From Lingula anatina (Eukaryota > Animalia > Brachiopoda): a stretch of DNA of 64,000 bases. The translations under genes and the position numbers were made by a program. The notes under the pieces are model-generated. The model was not told the origin of the DNA. It saw nothing but the letters and a program-made list of their open reading frames with translations, and made no database searches. Positions within the stretch are counted from its first letter, which is position 1. Every line of letters starts with the position of its first letter. Location of the stretch: assembly GCA_051362555.1 (NCBI GenBank), contig CM120645.1, forward strand, positions 3,410,001 through 3,474,000, given 5' to 3'. Shown one piece after another: positions 63,993 through 64,000 of this stretch.

Positions 63993-64000
63993 CTGGAAAA

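Overview
This is AT-rich eukaryotic genomic DNA with GT-AG introns, probably from a marine invertebrate. A mollusc or other lophotrochozoan is inferred from the repeat types only. Five protein-coding genes were reconstructed by hand with consistent exon phases. (1) The 5' part of a PARP3-like gene (- strand, runs off the left edge). (2) An intronless, highly divergent class-A GPCR (+). (3) A complete 23-exon importin-9 gene (-). (4) A complete 10-exon ribophorin I gene (+), head-to-head with importin-9 across 305 bp. (5) The 3' part of an RLF/ZNF292/ZNF654-family zinc-finger gene (-), ending in a 10.4-kb coding exon with long heptad repeats. The introns contain three copies of a Helentron-associated (HINE/DINE-like) element, each with different internal satellite arrays, plus hAT-like elements; Harbinger-like MITEs occur elsewhere. 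The most unusual observations are tandem duplications built from splice sites (6 acceptors in importin-9; 3 donors and 2 acceptors in one intron of the ZNF gene), a GPCR lacking every canonical class-A motif, and a degenerate hammerhead-like motif at the end of a minisatellite. No tRNA, rRNA or CRISPR array was recognised. No database searches were run; family assignments come from recalled motifs.
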